The translations under genes and the position numbers were made by a program. Below the pieces are notes generated by a model. That model ran no database searches, was not told where the DNA came from, and saw only the letters and a list, made by a program, of their open reading frames with translations. A stretch of DNA of 64,000 nt from Spirochaetia bacterium. Lineage in GTDB: Bacteria; Spirochaetota; Spirochaetia; UBA9216. Location of the stretch: positions 1,824,001 to 1,888,000 of the forward strand of contig CAXXYH010000004.1 of assembly GCA_963677925.2 (NCBI GenBank), given 5' to 3'. Positions 1 to 8,918 of this stretch are shown here, piece after piece (the first letter of the stretch is position 1; each line of letters begins with the position of its first letter).

Positions 1-182
1 TGAACACTCTCTATCGGATAAGGCACCTTCTTTACGAGGAAAAGTATACTATAGAGGGCGCCCGAAACCGTATCTGGAAGGATGTTTCGTCCGGTAATGC
101 CGATCTGCGGGCTGCAATTAATTCCATGAGACAGTCACTTGTAAGTCTTTCACTAAAAGTTGAAAAATCATCCGAATCCTGA
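1..182 (+). CDS. MerR-family transcriptional regulator, 3' part (gene begins before the window)
   Basis: Frame from nt 3 reads NTLYRIRHLLYEEKYTIEGARNRIW...SSES* (TGA 180-182); LLYEEKYTIEGAR matches the end of the MerR HTH domain; not in the ORF track. Confidence 0.75.
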   Translation, partial: NTLYRIRHLLYEEKYTIEGARNRIWKDVSSGNADLRAAINSMRQSLVSLSLKVEKSSES

Positions 183-195
183 CGATAATAAATCT

Positions 196-1512
196 GTGAG
201 AAAAATCATCCTTAGTACAGCACTAATTACTTTTTTTATTTTAATTCCATCGGTATCAATATTCGCATGGCCTGAAGATAAAGATTACGGCTTTCCTGAA
301 AATTATGAAATTCGTATGCAGCTTCGTGAAATAATTACAGCACCTACCGGTGATGTGCTTAATTCCCGGGAAAAAAACTATCCGCAGCAGTCCGGACGTT
401 CAAGGGTTAAGTATGATGTTAAAACCCAGAATGACAGTTTCTATATGCTTTTTATCAATGAGAAGGATTATTGTTATCCTGTATACAGCAGCGGGACTTA
501 TATAATAAGACGTAACCTGGATGACGGAAAGTTTAGTCAGATTAAGGTCTTTCTGAAAAACGACAGTGAATGTTTTGTCCGGATTTACCCTGATAATGAT
601 CGCGCTGTGCTTGAGCTTAATATTTACGGTAAACTGATTTATTCAGGAATCAACCTTCCATACAGTTTTTCCGATGTTTTAGTACTTCCATTTGCTGATA
701 TTATTAAGTCTACTGCCGGGATTATTGACTGGGATCTTATCTTTCCAGATAGATACTCAATCTCCTCGGACAGTAAGATGATTCTGCTTGATGAAATCCG
801 CAGGGAACTTCCAAAGCTCAGTGATGAAGATGACGGTGCTTTAGATGCGGATGGTGAATTCCGTTTTATTGAAAATCTGGAGATCATGGAAACTCCGGGC
901 TTTAACTGTTCGGGTTTTGTAAAGTGGGTTGCAGACAGTATTTATGCGGGACTTACAGGAAAATATATGGGGATTCGAGAGCTGAAAGAAAAGTTTCTTG
1001 ATCTTCGCGGAAATAGATGGTCTGCGAGATATGAGAACGAACGTGATCCATATTTCGGTCTGGACTGGACAAGGAATATAGCAACAGAAATCCGATCGGT
1101 ATGGAAGCATGAGGAGTCCGGATATGAATCAGCTGATGTGACCAGTGTCCCCTGGGCTGATTATGTTGAAGATGTAGGATTTCCGATTGGGGAACTTAAA
1201 ACAATAATGTACTACCTTGCAGTTACTGAACCTTCAGCCCTATATCTTGCATCAGTTAATATTCCCTGGGGAGAAGGTCCGGTACTGAGACAGCATGTAC
1301 ATACCGCAGTTCTTCTGCCATCCATCAGAAACAGAGATGATTTTGATGATGTTATTTTAGAACGTAATTTTGAGAGCAATACCGAAAGTCTTGAAAAAAG
1401 GTATCCCGGTGCTTATGTTCACCTTGTAAGAATTGAAGTCCCTTCTGTTGTGAGACTGCCTCAGCTCGTTAATGAGGAAGGTCTGGGGGATCGCAACCTT
1501 TTCAGGCGTTAA
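196..1512 (+). CDS. Secreted conserved hypothetical protein with a papain/NlpC-like Cys-His signature
   Basis: Likely GTG start at 196, after the upstream stop; signal peptide RKIILSTALITFFILIPSVSIFA; GFNCSGFVKW and later HVHTAVLL motifs. Confidence 0.7.
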   Translation: MRKIILSTALITFFILIPSVSIFAWPEDKDYGFPENYEIRMQLREIITAPTGDVLNSREKNYPQQSGRSRVKYDVKTQNDSFYMLFINEKDYCYPVYSSGTYIIRRNLDDGKFSQIKVFLKNDSECFVRIYPDNDRAVLELNIYGKLIYSGINLPYSFSDVLVLPFADIIKSTAGIIDWDLIFPDRYSISSDSKMILLDEIRRELPKLSDEDDGALDADGEFRFIENLEIMETPGFNCSGFVKWVADSIYAGLTGKYMGIRELKEKFLDLRGNRWSARYENERDPYFGLDWTRNIATEIRSVWKHEESGYESADVTSVPWADYVEDVGFPIGELKTIMYYLAVTEPSALYLASVNIPWGEGPVLRQHVHTAVLLPSIRNRDDFDDVILERNFESNTESLEKRYPGAYVHLVRIEVPSVVRLPQLVNEEGLGDRNLFRR

Positions 1513-1531
1513 CGGAAAAAATCGAAAAATC

Positions 1532-1560
1532 TTGAAAATTGGAATGCAAAGGTATATCCT
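1532..1560 (+). promoter_or_regulatory. sigma70-type promoter of the TPR-OMP-exbBD-tonB operon
   Basis: TTGAAA-17 nt-TATCCT, 9 nt before ATG 1570. Confidence 0.45.
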
Positions 1561-1569
1561 ATCAAGGAT

Positions 1570-4440
1570 ATGAAAAGGATATTCTTATCTTTATTGATTT
1601 TTATAATTCCTCTGCTTCATGTCTCTGCGGATGCCCGCGAACTTTATCTGGAAGCAGAAGGCCGATTCCGGAGCGCAAATTATACAGCTGCTCTTAATCT
1701 ATACCAGCGGTTGATTGATGACTATCCCATCTCAACCTATGTTGCTGATGCTCAGTTCAGAAAGGCTATCTGCCTGTATCAGACAGGGAAGGGTAATGAG
1801 GCCCTTAGTCTGTTTGAAAAAGTCAGCAGCCGTTACCGCTCGACATCCTATATTGAACTTGTTCCCTTCTGGCAGGCCAGAGTGTATCTGGAGCAGCAGG
1901 ACTTTTCAAAGGCAGTAGTCTTTTTTGATGATTATATAAAAAGCGGCGATGACCGGCTGATATCAGATGCCTATCTTTACCGTGCTATGTGTTATGATAA
2001 TATGGGTAATACAGCTGATGCCGCCTTTTCTCTTGAACTGCTTTTGCAGCGGGAGGACTTTAACGATGACGGTTATATATCTGCTTTGCTTTGCAGTCTT
2101 TATCTGAAGCAGAGTAAGTATCAGACTATTATTGATTTTTTTGATGAGACATCTCCTGATAATTTTGATTCACAATGGCAGGGACGTCTGAGGCTTTATC
2201 GTGCCGAATCCTATTACATGCTTGGAGATATGGATAATGCCCAGAGACTGTATACCGAGCTTATTGGTGTTGAGGGTGCAGAACCTGCGTGGCAGCGTCT
2301 TTTTACAATCTACCGGAAAGCGGGCAGAAACGATGAACTTGTAAGTCTTCTAAATGAGGCTGAAAAGACTCTTAATGATAAGCCTCTTATTCTTCAGGAT
2401 TTCAGAATGAGAATAGGAATTGCGTCCTATAATGCCGGAGATATAAAAACAGCCCAGACCTACCTGCTGAAAGCATGGGATACTTCAGATCCTTCAGCTC
2501 TTAACGGCCTTGTCCCATTATACCTGTCCCGGATTCTTGAAGACGCCGCAAATACGGATCGAGCAATTGAAATTCTTGAAATCTTTTTAACATCTTCTGA
2601 TTCGCATAGAATGGAGATTCTTGTCAGGCTGGCCGGGCTTTATACCTCTGAAGAAGAATGGGGCAGAGCTGAAAGTCTTCTTGATGAATTTTTCCGCGAC
2701 TATTCTGAATCTGCACTTTTTTCTGATGCTGCATATCTGAAAGCCTTTATCTGCTACAAGACAAACCGGATTGAAAATGCGTCAGAGTATGTCTCCAGGG
2801 CTTATTCTGCTGATGAGAAGGGAGAACGGACTGCAGCGCTGCTGCGTCTTGACTCCACACTTCTGAAGAAAACTGGTAAATACAGCAGAGCTGCAGAAAC
2901 TCTTCAGCGTTATATAGATCTGCGTCCCGATGAACTTTCTGCAAGGCTTGATCTTTTGAGAATAAGGTTTCAGATGAAAGACTATAATACACTTCTCAAC
3001 GAAGCCGTTGAACTTAAATGGAATGACAGTGTCAGAAGCGGAAACGAATATGTCTATGTGCTTTCATCATATCTAAGCGGTCTTGCCGCTACGGCTGAAG
3101 GTGATTATCAGAGGGCTCTTAATGAATTGGCGTTGATCAGCCCTGTGAATTCAGAGTCTGCAGGTGTTCCTGAGATTTATACTTATTCAGAGTATTACCG
3201 CGGGTGGGCTCTGTACCGCCTTGCACGTTATCCTGAGGCTGTTAAAGCTTTCGATGAGCTGACAAGAGATTATCCTGATTCGGATTCTGCCGCTGATGCA
3301 GCCTACATCGCCGGCTGGAGTTCATATTTGATGGGAGATTATGATGCCTCCTCTGGTTTTTTTCTCCGCTATACTACTTTAAGCGGCGATAGTACAAAAG
3401 GCCGCTTTATGTACGCTAAGAATCTTGCCTCACTTGGGCGCTACCGTGAAGCAAGCACTATTTTTGCAGAGATAGCGAACTCTGATGGCGCGGGTATGCT
3501 TGCCGACGATGCTTTATTTGAGAAGGCTGCGCTGGCAGCGATAGGGAATGACACCGAACAGGCGGCAAAAGACTATCTGACCCTGTATCAGAAATACGGC
3601 GGACAGCTTGCGGAAGAGGGAATGTACCGCAGGGGCGAGATTTATTATGCCGCGGGCAGCTTTAAAAAGGCTGTTGATGCATTCTATGATTTTCGAAGAA
3701 GCTATCCTGAAAGCAGAATGATGGATGCTGCTCTTTATTGGGGAGGCATGTCATCCATGAAAAATGATGAATCTTTTGGTGCTGTTCTACTCTGGGAAAA
3801 GCTGATAAATGATTATACTGAATCGGGCTTCCGATCTTCAGCAATGATGAAAACAGCTGAAGTCTTTACCAGTTCAGGTGATTATTCTTCTGCTCTTGAT
3901 ATGTATGAAAGATGCAGGCTTGAATACCCGGGTACCGACAGAGCTTCGGAATCTTCAGCTATGTCTGAGAAGATCAGGTTTCTGCTGGACGGTCTTTCAG
4001 ATAGAGAGGCTGAACTTAATGTTATAATCACACGTGAAGGCGGTGCGGATACTGCCGAGGGCCGTGAAGCGATGATAGAGCTTGCCGCGCTTCATATTTC
4101 CAGGGGCGGCGGTGATATGAAACCTGTTATTTCGATGCTGAATCAGGTGAAAGAAATGAAGGCTGAAGATCCCGTTTCCGCAGCCCTGGCTAATTACTAC
4201 CTTGGTGATTATTACTTCAGACAGAACAGGCCTGCCGAGGCTGCTGCAGCCTTCACTGAGGCTGCCGGCACAAATCCGGAGGATCTTGACTTCTCTGCCC
4301 GATCTCTGTACAGGGCGGCGGAAGCTGCTCTTCTTGCCGGAAGCCGGAGCGACGCTCAGGCGCTTGTAAGGCAGCTTAAGCTTCATTACGAAGAATCGGA
4401 ATGGGCTGATGAAGCTGACAAGCTTCTTGGAGGCAACTAG
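1570..4440 (+). CDS. Large exported tetratricopeptide-repeat protein (BamD/CpoB-like repeats)
   Basis: Signal peptide; many TPR units ending in YP.S..A.DA (DYPISTYVADAQF, DYPDSDSAADAAY, SYPESRMMDAALY). Confidence 0.9.
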   Translation: MKRIFLSLLIFIIPLLHVSADARELYLEAEGRFRSANYTAALNLYQRLIDDYPISTYVADAQFRKAICLYQTGKGNEALSLFEKVSSRYRSTSYIELVPFWQARVYLEQQDFSKAVVFFDDYIKSGDDRLISDAYLYRAMCYDNMGNTADAAFSLELLLQREDFNDDGYISALLCSLYLKQSKYQTIIDFFDETSPDNFDSQWQGRLRLYRAESYYMLGDMDNAQRLYTELIGVEGAEPAWQRLFTIYRKAGRNDELVSLLNEAEKTLNDKPLILQDFRMRIGIASYNAGDIKTAQTYLLKAWDTSDPSALNGLVPLYLSRILEDAANTDRAIEILEIFLTSSDSHRMEILVRLAGLYTSEEEWGRAESLLDEFFRDYSESALFSDAAYLKAFICYKTNRIENASEYVSRAYSADEKGERTAALLRLDSTLLKKTGKYSRAAETLQRYIDLRPDELSARLDLLRIRFQMKDYNTLLNEAVELKWNDSVRSGNEYVYVLSSYLSGLAATAEGDYQRALNELALISPVNSESAGVPEIYTYSEYYRGWALYRLARYPEAVKAFDELTRDYPDSDSAADAAYIAGWSSYLMGDYDASSGFFLRYTTLSGDSTKGRFMYAKNLASLGRYREASTIFAEIANSDGAGMLADDALFEKAALAAIGNDTEQAAKDYLTLYQKYGGQLAEEGMYRRGEIYYAAGSFKKAVDAFYDFRRSYPESRMMDAALYWGGMSSMKNDESFGAVLLWEKLINDYTESGFRSSAMMKTAEVFTSSGDYSSALDMYERCRLEYPGTDRASESSAMSEKIRFLLDGLSDREAELNVIITREGGADTAEGREAMIELAALHISRGGGDMKPVISMLNQVKEMKAEDPVSAALANYYLGDYYFRQNRPAEAAAAFTEAAGTNPEDLDFSARSLYRAAEAALLAGSRSDAQALVRQLKLHYEESEWADEADKLLGGN

Positions 4441-4441
4441 G

Positions 4442-6121
4442 ATGAACAACAGATTACTGAATTTATGTTTAATTATATTCTTTATTGCCGGTTCAGTTTA
4501 TTCCCAGGAGCGGGAAAGTGATTTTCAGTCAGGCCCTGCTGAACCTGAGAGTACAGATATTATTCTTCCACCCATGTATCTTGAAATAGAAGATCTCAGT
4601 GTAGAGAATATAAATGCGGTTATTCCGGATGAAGATGAAGTTTACTATTCATCACTTGATACGCCTCTACCGCAGCTTGATGATATTGAACTTCCGTATG
4701 AAGCATTTGCTGTAACAGGTTCTCCGGATTCTTTTTCAGGCGTCAAGCCTGCCGATTCTGAACCTGTTTCATTTTTCAGTGAGGGAATGATTGGTTTTGG
4801 TTCTGCTCTGGATGTTACAGGAGATATCACTCTTTATAAAATAGGAGATCAGCCTAATTTCATGCTTCGATATTTTCATGACGGTTATGACGGCACCTGG
4901 GGTCATTCTCCCGGACAGGGATATTCCTACCGTCAGGAACTTATTGAGGCGGAAATTGAATATGCCGAAGGTAAAACTGATCTGTATGGATATTTCCAGT
5001 ATACGGAAACTGAGACCGGGCTGCAGGGGAATGCAGATTATTACTCTATGACTCAGCGTATTCCGGAACTCAGCAGTACGGCGGAATATAGAATTATTGA
5101 CTGGTTCAGACTGGAAGGACGTCTGGATAGTTCTTATGCCGGTCTTTTTCTAAATGGAACCGATCCGCTTAATTACGGAGTGTATCTTATTGATCCTGCA
5201 GCAGGGCTCAGGGTCGGAAATAATTCAATATGGTCCGAGCTAGGGCTGGAGTATAATATTACCGGAACTTCAGAGTCCGGTATGTTATCGGGCGCGGCTC
5301 TTCCGGTTGTTCAGGATTTCAGCGTTACTCTGGATTTCGGTTCTGATTTCGGTGATGTCATAAGTATAAAAGGCGGCGTTGATTATCTGCTTCACGATTT
5401 TACCGACTCTTACTGGCCTTTTTATCTAAGTGTTGACGGGCTTGGCGGTGATTTTCTTGAGTACAGTGCAGGAGGCGGGTACAGGGCTGAGACTCTTAAT
5501 TACGCAGAGTTCAGCACGGAATATCCTTTCGCTTCAGGGCCGCTGAGTGACACCATGATCGGGGAACTGCCCATTACAACCGGCTGGTTTGCCGATGCCG
5601 GCTTACGCTGGAAATTGACCGAGAATCTGACTGCGGGCGCTTCTGCCGGTTTTGAGATGCTTAATAATGCTCCGTATCCCGGAACCAGCAGTATAGGCGG
5701 GTTTAATTCAATTACAACCGCCGATCTTACATTGCTTAATCTTGATCTGGAGATTAACTGGAGGATGTCTGATAATCTTCTTTTTGAATCCACCTGGGCT
5801 GCACAGCTTTTAAATGATATTGACCCCTACAGACCAAGACATATGATAACCGCGGGGGTTGATCTTGAAGATGACAATTCCGATAAGGGACTGTCATTCT
5901 CGGCAGGAGTTTCAATATATGATGAATCGCAAAGCTGGTATGAAACAAACTGGATGCCGAAGCTGTCTCTTGAAGGATATCTAAGGCTTACTGAAGGCGT
6001 TCTCCTGTCTGCAGGTTTTGATGATATCGCGGGAAATCTCTTTGACAGCACTAGACTTTCCTGGAATACATTTGAGGCAAAGGGTGCTTCGGCACTGATT
6101 AAATTAAAAATTTCACTATAA
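4442..6121 (+). CDS. Probable outer-membrane beta-barrel protein (TonB-dependent-receptor-like)
   Basis: ATG 4442 with signal peptide; alternating-hydrophobic strands rich in aromatics and Gly; C-terminal amphipathic strand ALIKLKISL; directly upstream of exbBD-tonB. Confidence 0.65.
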   Translation: MNNRLLNLCLIIFFIAGSVYSQERESDFQSGPAEPESTDIILPPMYLEIEDLSVENINAVIPDEDEVYYSSLDTPLPQLDDIELPYEAFAVTGSPDSFSGVKPADSEPVSFFSEGMIGFGSALDVTGDITLYKIGDQPNFMLRYFHDGYDGTWGHSPGQGYSYRQELIEAEIEYAEGKTDLYGYFQYTETETGLQGNADYYSMTQRIPELSSTAEYRIIDWFRLEGRLDSSYAGLFLNGTDPLNYGVYLIDPAAGLRVGNNSIWSELGLEYNITGTSESGMLSGAALPVVQDFSVTLDFGSDFGDVISIKGGVDYLLHDFTDSYWPFYLSVDGLGGDFLEYSAGGGYRAETLNYAEFSTEYPFASGPLSDTMIGELPITTGWFADAGLRWKLTENLTAGASAGFEMLNNAPYPGTSSIGGFNSITTADLTLLNLDLEINWRMSDNLLFESTWAAQLLNDIDPYRPRHMITAGVDLEDDNSDKGLSFSAGVSIYDESQSWYETNWMPKLSLEGYLRLTEGVLLSAGFDDIAGNLFDSTRLSWNTFEAKGASALIKLKISL

Positions 6122-6135
6122 TTTCTGGAGGAAAT

Positions 6136-6753
6136 ATGTTTGTTCTGATTGAAAAGGGCGGTCCGGTAATGATTGTTATTCTGATCCTTTCCGTAATTGC
6201 CGCTGTTATTATAATAGAAAGACTTCTGTTTTTCAGGAGGATTAAAAGTGATGAAGAAAAGGTTATAGCAAACCTCAGGGGGGCACTTGAACAGAATCAC
6301 TTCTATGAAGCTATAGCGATTTGTGAAAGCGATCCTTCCCCGGTTGCAAACCTGATGAAGGTCGGTATCGAACACAGGCATTATTCTCAGTCAGAGATTA
6401 AAGAGTCGATTATGGGTGCTGCCAATATGGAAGTTCCCAGGCTGGAGAAGTATCTCTCTGCCCTCGGAACCATAGCTCATATTGCGCCGCTGCTGGGGCT
6501 TCTGGGAACAGTTACCGGAAATATCAAGGCTTTCGGACTTCTCGGTTCTGTCGGAGCCCTTGGAGATTTTTCTATGCTCGCTTCTGGAATTTCCGAGGCA
6601 CTGTTTACAACGGCAGCAGGCCTCATTGTATCAATTCCTGCAACGGTTTTTTACAACCATCTGGTTAACCGGGTCAATAACATTATTCTCAGGATGGAAA
6701 ACAGTGTAAATGAACTGGTACTTCTGCTGAAAGGAAAAGATAATGCATTTTAG
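6136..6753 (+). CDS. exbB: MotA/TolQ/ExbB proton channel protein
   Basis: IAPLLGLLGTVTG and GISEALFTTAAGL motifs; SD GGAGG. Confidence 0.92.
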   Translation: MFVLIEKGGPVMIVILILSVIAAVIIIERLLFFRRIKSDEEKVIANLRGALEQNHFYEAIAICESDPSPVANLMKVGIEHRHYSQSEIKESIMGAANMEVPRLEKYLSALGTIAHIAPLLGLLGTVTGNIKAFGLLGSVGALGDFSMLASGISEALFTTAAGLIVSIPATVFYNHLVNRVNNIILRMENSVNELVLLLKGKDNAF

Positions 6754-7159
6754 AAGACGTCTGAGTCCCTCAGTCAAGGCTGATCTTGTGCCTATGATTG
6801 ATGTGGTATTTCAGCTTGTAATCTTTTTTATGGTTTCAAGCACGTTTCTGCAGACGCCCGGAATCTCAATTAATCTGCCTGAGTCATCAACTGCCGAGTC
6901 GGTTACCATGACCAGAATGGTAGTTTCTGTCGTTTCAGAAAATGAAATATACCTCAACAAGGATGTTTATAATCTGACAGGATTGAGAACAGCCTTATCT
7001 GAAGTTACTGAAGAGCAGAAGAGTGAACTTAGTGCAGTTGTAATAGAGGGGGATGAAACCGTATCTTATGAACTGCTTGTAAATGTTCTTGATTCGCTAA
7101 GAATGTACGGTTTTAACGGAATTAATCTTAAGATGAGGACACCGCAGGAATCGCAGTAA
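6743..7159 (+). CDS. exbD: ExbD/TolR biopolymer transport protein
   Basis: LVPMIDVVFQLVIFFM transmembrane helix with the conserved Asp. Confidence 0.93.
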   Translation: MHFRRRLSPSVKADLVPMIDVVFQLVIFFMVSSTFLQTPGISINLPESSTAESVTMTRMVVSVVSENEIYLNKDVYNLTGLRTALSEVTEEQKSELSAVVIEGDETVSYELLVNVLDSLRMYGFNGINLKMRTPQESQ

Positions 7160-8175
7160 TGACAGTTGAAAATAAACGGATGCTTACAAGCGTAAGTGCT
7201 GCTCTGCTTATTCATACTGCAGCATTTATACTCATCGGTATGAATACCCTTGATTTTACTCCCCCCAGAGAATTCGGTCCGCTCGAGGTCAGCCTTGAGC
7301 CGCTTCCGGTCAAGGATAAGCCTGCAGAGCCCGAACAGAAAAATCTTGAGCAGACGGCCCCTCAGCAGAGTCCTTCCGAGGCAGAACAGGTAAATCAGGC
7401 AGAGGCTCTTCCCTCTGAAAAGACTGTAACTCCTGCGCCGAAGCCTGTTCCCGTCCAGAAAACATCCCCGGCCAGGAGTACGACTGAGTCAAGGACCTAT
7501 ACAGCCTCAAGTGCTGATGATGATGTTATTTCATCAATACAGTCGCGTACAAGCACTTCAGGGAATGTGGATTTAAGCAGAATTTGGGGCAGCGGTTCCG
7601 ACTCGGTTCCTGCAACAAGGGCAGACAGTAGTACCGCAGCAGCCGGAGGAGAGGGGAGCTATGTAGAGTATTCTGATATACCTGTTGAAGCACAGACAGC
7701 TCCTCAACCGGTAGAAGAGCAGCCTTCAGATACATCTGTCCTTGGTTCAGAGGTTCTTGCAAATCTTGATGAAAGACTGAATAGTCAGAATACGAATTCA
7801 TCCTCCAATTCTGAATCTGCATCCAGTTCGACCGGTGCTGCCGGCAGTTCATCGGCACTGATAAATGATGGTCCGGCACTTATTGTTTTTGATGATCCAT
7901 CAATACAGCGGAAGGTTATAGAACCAAGGGCTCAGCCGGAAATCCCCGAGGATATTAAAACTGCAGGTATCCCTAAGTATACCCTCCGAATCACATTCCT
8001 TGTTGATGGAGAAGGATATACAAGCAGTTTTCAGATACTTCAGCCCTCAGGCAACTCAAGATTGGATTCTGCTGTGCAGGCGGCTTTACGAAAATGGCAG
8101 TTTGAGCCGGCAAGGGGACAATCCTCTGAAGAAAAAGTTCGAGCTACTCTTACATATGTTATAGAAACCAAGTAG
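7159..8175 (+). CDS. tonB: TonB-family energy transducer
   Basis: N-terminal anchor S-x6-H, Pro/Ser-rich linker, C-terminal SG..RLDSAVQAALRKWQFEP domain. Confidence 0.85.
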   Translation: MTVENKRMLTSVSAALLIHTAAFILIGMNTLDFTPPREFGPLEVSLEPLPVKDKPAEPEQKNLEQTAPQQSPSEAEQVNQAEALPSEKTVTPAPKPVPVQKTSPARSTTESRTYTASSADDDVISSIQSRTSTSGNVDLSRIWGSGSDSVPATRADSSTAAAGGEGSYVEYSDIPVEAQTAPQPVEEQPSDTSVLGSEVLANLDERLNSQNTNSSSNSESASSSTGAAGSSSALINDGPALIVFDDPSIQRKVIEPRAQPEIPEDIKTAGIPKYTLRITFLVDGEGYTSSFQILQPSGNSRLDSAVQAALRKWQFEPARGQSSEEKVRATLTYVIETK

Positions 8176-8185
8176 AATAAGCCCC

Positions 8186-8848
8186 ATGGAAATTAAAGCA
8201 GTCGGATTCGACATAGACGGTACTCTGTATCGAAATATGATGATGTATATATGCAGTACCCCGTCATTTATCAAGCACCCCGTACTTGTCTCTCACTTCA
8301 GTAAGGCCCGAAAAGAAATCAGGAATATCAGACCGATTGATGATTTCCGGAAGGTTCAAACCTCCCTTATTTCGGCATCTATGGGGATTCCGGAGGCCCG
8401 TGTTGAAGCTATGGTTGAAAAGCGTCTCTACAGGGACTGGGAAGATACCTTTAAATGTATAAGACCTGTTAAGGGTGTTAGACAGACTCTTGAAAAAATA
8501 AAGGAGCTTGGCCTTGGTCTTGGAGCCCTTTCTGATTTTCCGGTTCAGAATAAGCTCAAATATCTTGGACTTGACGGTTACTGGGACTGTGAATTTACAT
8601 CTGAGGAAACCGGCTACCTGAAACCTCATCCCGAATCCTTTCTTCTTCTCTCCGAGAGGTTGGGTGTGAAACCGGAAGAAATCCTTTATGTCGGAAACTC
8701 ATACAGCAAGGATGTTGAAGGTGCGGCAGCTGTAGGGATGAAGACAGCGCATTTCAGTTTAAAAAAGAAAGATAATTCTATTGCTGATATAACTTTCGGG
8801 AGATACAGCGAACTATATCAATACCTGTGCCGGCTGGAAAAACGTTGA
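8186..8848 (+). CDS. HAD-superfamily hydrolase
   Basis: FDIDGTLY motif I, KPHPE, YVGNS...D motif IV. Confidence 0.9.
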   Translation: MEIKAVGFDIDGTLYRNMMMYICSTPSFIKHPVLVSHFSKARKEIRNIRPIDDFRKVQTSLISASMGIPEARVEAMVEKRLYRDWEDTFKCIRPVKGVRQTLEKIKELGLGLGALSDFPVQNKLKYLGLDGYWDCEFTSEETGYLKPHPESFLLLSERLGVKPEEILYVGNSYSKDVEGAAAVGMKTAHFSLKKKDNSIADITFGRYSELYQYLCRLEKR

Positions 8849-8918
8849 CAAGTATGCTAAACTGGTAGAAGATGTAAAACAGAGAAATATAGCAAAAAAC
8901 TGGGAATTTGGGGGGGCT

